Positions 60,199 to 64,000 of a stretch of DNA of 64,000 nucleotides are shown one piece after another (within the stretch, counting starts at the first letter, position 1; every line of letters starts with the position of its first letter). The stretch is from Myxococcota bacterium (GTDB lineage Bacteria; Myxococcota; XYA12-FULL-58-9; JABJBS01). Where the stretch lies: positions 6,021-70,020 of the forward strand of contig JAYZAY010000078.1 in assembly GCA_036339465.1 (NCBI GenBank), given 5' to 3'. The translations under genes and the position numbers were made by a program. Under the pieces are notes generated by a model. That model saw only the letters and a list, made by a program, of their open reading frames with translations, was not told where the DNA came from and ran no database searches.

Positions 60199-61818
60199 TC
60201 AGCCCCCTAAAACAACCTGGTTGAGCTGGGGGTTCACCTGAACCTTTATTTTTTTAACCAAACGACGAATAGAGAGTCGAGCCGCTTCTCGAAAATTTCG
60301 ACTTCCATCTTTCCTGGTCTCAGTAAAAGAACCAAGCACCACACCGCGCACCAAATTCTTGACTTCCACGTTAATGACGGCCCGCGCGAAATGAAGATTC
60401 TTGGCTCTACCACTTCCCTGCCCTGCGTCCTCAACTTCGATTCGGGCAGCAATCACGATATCAGGCCCCTCGCCAAGAGAATCCAAAATTTGTACTCCCT
60501 TAATCCGAAGTTGACGCATCAACTCCCCCCGAAACTCCTCCGCATGGGGCCCCTCAGCTAAGACCATCACCTTAAGTCCCTCGACAGCTGCTTCAAAGGC
60601 CGCTACCACATCGGTATAATTAAAAGGTGAAGCTACACCTATGCCCCTTGAGTTAACGATTCGAAGTTCTGCATTTTGGGCTTCCCTCAAAAGAAGTTGA
60701 TTCAAGGCCTTGGAAAGCTTTTCGACTTTGAGTGTTTTTTCTGCATTTTTTGCCTCATCAAGATAGCGCCCCACCATTTGGTCTAAATCATCGATTTGTT
60801 TGTTGAGATCGCGCATTGCTAGGGCCCGCTCTAAACAAGCCAAAGCATAGGAATCTCTTTCCTTTGAAAGCCAGACCTCCAGAATTTTAACCCCTGAGAA
60901 AAGTTTCTGGGTGGTTGTTTTGGTTAGAATTTCTAACTCTTGGGTCTGAACAGGAGGAGCCCCCGAAGTCTTGTAAGCACCCACAAAATCCTGACTCGTA
61001 GACTCAACCCCAACCCGAAAAATCCTGGCTAAGGCCGCATAAGCCGCATTTTCAGCCGAGTTTCTCTGAGCGCCTATTCCCACCCCACAGAGAAACCTTT
61101 CATCGGGAAAATCCTCGCTAGCACCATCAACCCAATCAGGACGCTCTCTTCTCTCTCGAGTCGTCTTCCGAGAACGATTCTCTCTTTTGGATTCACTCGC
61201 AACCCGATCAGAGTTAGCATCAGCGGTAACGACAGGACTTAGCTTGGGGTTTCGTGGTTTGGGGTTAGCGTATTCATCAAAAATCTTCGCCAAAGAACCA
61301 TCATCCGGATGGGATTTAACCAATCCTGAACGCTCTGCCTCCAAGATAGCATCTCGAACCGCCGCTAGATCGATTTGAGCAAGAGAGTACAACGTCCCCA
61401 CTCCGTCAACGTATCGATCAACAATCTGTGCACCCTTCAAGCTCTGGGCAGAAAAAGTTTTGGTCGCTTGCTCAATGGATTGCTCACCCTCTGAATTTGC
61501 ATAATCCTTCATGAGAGAAGCAGAGTAAGTCTCGAATACCTTTGCCAGCTCAGCCCGAGCCCGATTATCAGATGCCGTCCTCAAAAGAGCAGGATTCTTA
61601 ATCCCACCGGCCATTCCGACACCATAAAAAACACGGTCTGTATCCCCAGTAATAGCCCCACTACCTCGGCGAATCCATTCGGGTTTGCCATCCGCCTCGT
61701 AATTTGAATACGTTGTGGCACTTATTTGGCGCCGGGGAGCATCAGCACCACCTGTAACACAACCAAACCCCAGTAATAAGCCCCAAAAACAAACTGCAAA
61801 ATATTGGATATAGCGCAT
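60199..61818 (-). CDS. Lipoprotein with two LPP20-like domains
   Basis: Lipobox GFGC; P.W...GVG...A...ARAELAK-type motif occurs twice. Confidence 0.8.
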   Translation of the reverse strand: MRYIQYFAVCFWGLLLGFGCVTGGADAPRRQISATTYSNYEADGKPEWIRRGSGAITGDTDRVFYGVGMAGGIKNPALLRTASDNRARAELAKVFETYSASLMKDYANSEGEQSIEQATKTFSAQSLKGAQIVDRYVDGVGTLYSLAQIDLAAVRDAILEAERSGLVKSHPDDGSLAKIFDEYANPKPRNPKLSPVVTADANSDRVASESKRENRSRKTTRERRERPDWVDGASEDFPDERFLCGVGIGAQRNSAENAAYAALARIFRVGVESTSQDFVGAYKTSGAPPVQTQELEILTKTTTQKLFSGVKILEVWLSKERDSYALACLERALAMRDLNKQIDDLDQMVGRYLDEAKNAEKTLKVEKLSKALNQLLLREAQNAELRIVNSRGIGVASPFNYTDVVAAFEAAVEGLKVMVLAEGPHAEEFRGELMRQLRIKGVQILDSLGEGPDIVIAARIEVEDAGQGSGRAKNLHFARAVINVEVKNLVRGVVLGSFTETRKDGSRNFREAARLSIRRLVKKIKVQVNPQLNQVVLGG

Positions 61819-61915
61819 CCTCAATCCTCCCAAACAAGACGCTTAGCTCATCCAGCTATTCACTCGAAAGTAACCAGCAAAGACTGAGCAAGGTGCTCAA
61901 AGGGGAATACCGCTA

Positions 61916-64000
61916 TTAACGAGAAATTTCAAAGCGAGTGGTAACGTATCCTAGATTTCCTGCTGCATCGGAAGCCTTGAAATTTAAAACATGGGTACCT
62001 ACCTCAAGCTCCCCGAGATTCAGTTCAAAACTCTCCTCAGGACCGTCTAAAACGCCATCCTTTGGATTTAACATTCTAAAACCAGCACCATTAACAGAAA
62101 ACGCCATGCCTGCAAAAGGACCTATGTTGTCGGTAGCATCTAAAGTGACCCGTGCCCTTCTGCCCCTAACCTTAACCCGAGGCTTCGATAACGAAGGAGG
62201 TGTATTATCAACCAAAACGGACCGACTTTCACGTACGTCCATACGCTCCAGGCCCATGGGATTGGAAACTGCATCACTTACTTCCACTCGAAACTGGTAA
62301 ACCCCATCGGCAAATTGTGAAGAATCCATGGTATAAAACGGATACTCCATATCCTCATCAAGGCTCCGCCAAGCACCTGCATTGCGTGACCTCACAGACA
62401 AGTTATACCTCAACTTATCACCATTTGGATCTTCGGCTGACCATCGCACGGTTAAGGCACCTCGCTTTTCAAGCTGCTTTGCCTTAAGTCGCCGGGGCTT
62501 TTTTGTCATCTGAGAAAGCTTCGTATCCAAGCGATCTGCCAAGGATATTTTTTCTTTTAGATTAACCATCTTCGATTTGCCCGGTTCACCCGGTACAGCG
62601 TGCATGGCTACATTTTTTCTTAAAGCAACCACTTCTCGAACAAAGGGAGGCAGGTTTTCCCGTAAATAAGCAGCCCTATAACGGTGAATGGTCGGAACAA
62701 CCTCACCGTTACCGCGTAAACGTATTTTTAGCTGCATAAAGCGGCCCGTATAATCTCCTTTTGGAGCACTACCTGGGTAGCTCATATAACCAGACCAATC
62801 GGACCAAGAGTCGTCGGGATAGGCGGTTTGTCCCGTTCGTATTGCTACTTGCGCACGTGTCCGAGATGGAACATGACCAAACAGACTTAATAAGCCAAAA
62901 CGTGCATTGATCTCTGCATCAAAGGGTTTCGATAAATATTCTCCCTCATGAGCATAATCTCTTCCCAAAACATCGAGTCGACTGGGACCCGCTGACAACA
63001 TGACCCGCGAACCATCAGCCCGACTCATCAAGCCAACAAGACGCTTGGCTGAACTTTGATAAACCAAACTAACAGAGCGAGCCGCAACAGAAATTTCGTA
63101 TAAACGCCCCCTTGGGTTCCGGTGGTTAGCGACCGCTGTGGCCACAAGTACAGCCCCATCCTTCCACGACTCAACAGCAAAAACCGCTTCATCATCGGAA
63201 CCCGCTAAAACCTCCGTGGTTCCCGTCATAGAAACACTAATCAGTTGACTCCGAACCTCACTCTTGCCGTCCTTTGCCTCAACTTTGCCACCGGCGCTGG
63301 CCTCTAAGCGGGGCAATTTATCTGCGCCACTCACCGCCGCAACAACCAACCGATTCCCAACCACGGTCAGGTCGGTTATCTCCCCATGGCGCGTGTCGCA
63401 CAAAGCGGTGAAGGCTGAAGACTGTGGAGCCCGTCGGTATAGAACACCCGAACCAGATGTTCCCACGAATACCCCAAAATCCTTGCTCTCCTCAACCACT
63501 CTCACATGGTCCTGCTCGGGCGCAAAAACCAATTCAGCTTCTCTCTTACCATTTAATTGAAACAGTAAACCGGGTGCCCCTGTACCAATCCACAAATCCT
63601 TATCATTTATCGCCGCCGCAACGCTCCATATAAAATCCGCCTCAGGCTCAAACACCACCTCAATCTTGCCATCCATATTGACTTTGTAGAGTTTCGCGGG
63701 GGGGCCTCCCGCAGCGTAAATATCTTCACCCATCACCAAGAGTTTCGTAATCATGGGACTCGGTATTTGAGCAATTTTCTTTGTCTCCCCATTCGGCTGA
63801 AGCCAACGAATAAAACTATCTTCACTGGTCGCCACCAAAATACCTTCTTTATAAGGTGTGGCGGTAATGATTGAATGGCCAATCTTATCATTAAAGACAG
63901 AAATGTCGGGTGGTAGGGTTATCGCCCCTTCTTCACTAATCGCAGTCGATTCAGGGTTTCCATTCAAAAGGGCGCCAAAACCTTCTACGTCATAATATCT
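61916..64000 (-). CDS. Beta-propeller + FN3/Ig-like hypothetical protein, 5' end beyond the window
   Basis: Frame open to position 64000; propeller blades (IWSV, GTG.PG), WSDWS, W.AEDPNGD.L.Y, VDNTPP. Confidence 0.8.
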   Translation of the reverse strand, partial: RYYDVEGFGALLNGNPESTAISEEGAITLPPDISVFNDKIGHSIITATPYKEGILVATSEDSFIRWLQPNGETKKIAQIPSPMITKLLVMGEDIYAAGGPPAKLYKVNMDGKIEVVFEPEADFIWSVAAAINDKDLWIGTGAPGLLFQLNGKREAELVFAPEQDHVRVVEESKDFGVFVGTSGSGVLYRRAPQSSAFTALCDTRHGEITDLTVVGNRLVVAAVSGADKLPRLEASAGGKVEAKDGKSEVRSQLISVSMTGTTEVLAGSDDEAVFAVESWKDGAVLVATAVANHRNPRGRLYEISVAARSVSLVYQSSAKRLVGLMSRADGSRVMLSAGPSRLDVLGRDYAHEGEYLSKPFDAEINARFGLLSLFGHVPSRTRAQVAIRTGQTAYPDDSWSDWSGYMSYPGSAPKGDYTGRFMQLKIRLRGNGEVVPTIHRYRAAYLRENLPPFVREVVALRKNVAMHAVPGEPGKSKMVNLKEKISLADRLDTKLSQMTKKPRRLKAKQLEKRGALTVRWSAEDPNGDKLRYNLSVRSRNAGAWRSLDEDMEYPFYTMDSSQFADGVYQFRVEVSDAVSNPMGLERMDVRESRSVLVDNTPPSLSKPRVKVRGRRARVTLDATDNIGPFAGMAFSVNGAGFRMLNPKDGVLDGPEESFELNLGELEVGTHVLNFKASDAAGNLGYVTTRFEISR

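Overview
Bacterial chromosomal window with mid-range GC, most likely from a Myxococcota/deltaproteobacterial lineage (inferred from MYXO-CTERM-like tails, an AgmX/PglI-type domain, CheX proteins and many lipoproteins). It holds about 45 intact CDSs: housekeeping genes (trhO, recQ, rnd, gshA, folE, bioBFDA, pepP, fxsA, MoxR-VWA pair, acyl-CoA dehydrogenase with TetR) and many secreted or surface proteins. I saw no rRNA, tRNA, CRISPR array, prophage or IS element. Main observations: (1) two track ORFs at 618-1439 and 1467-1805 are one reading frame joined by an in-frame TGA in a U-x-x-C motif followed by a SECIS-like hairpin, i.e. a probable selenocysteine-containing thioredoxin-fold lipoprotein with a long acidic tether; (2) a partly decayed lipid-tailoring cluster with a CylC/AurF-like dimetal enzyme remnant, ferredoxin, desaturase remnant and acyltransferase; (3) many 'intergenic' gaps are eroded pseudogenes (PLD, cupin_5, FabG-like, Cys/Met PLP enzyme); (4) a 23-bp near-perfect inverted repeat encloses the cheX stop codon; (5) a C8 homopolymer frameshift splits a ~950-aa surface lipoprotein; (6) an LDL-receptor-class-A lipoprotein sits next to a receptor-L-domain-like protein, followed by a membrane-anchored ribbon-helix-helix protein and a FolB-cupin fusion operon. 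All family assignments come from motif recognition by eye; no database searches were run.
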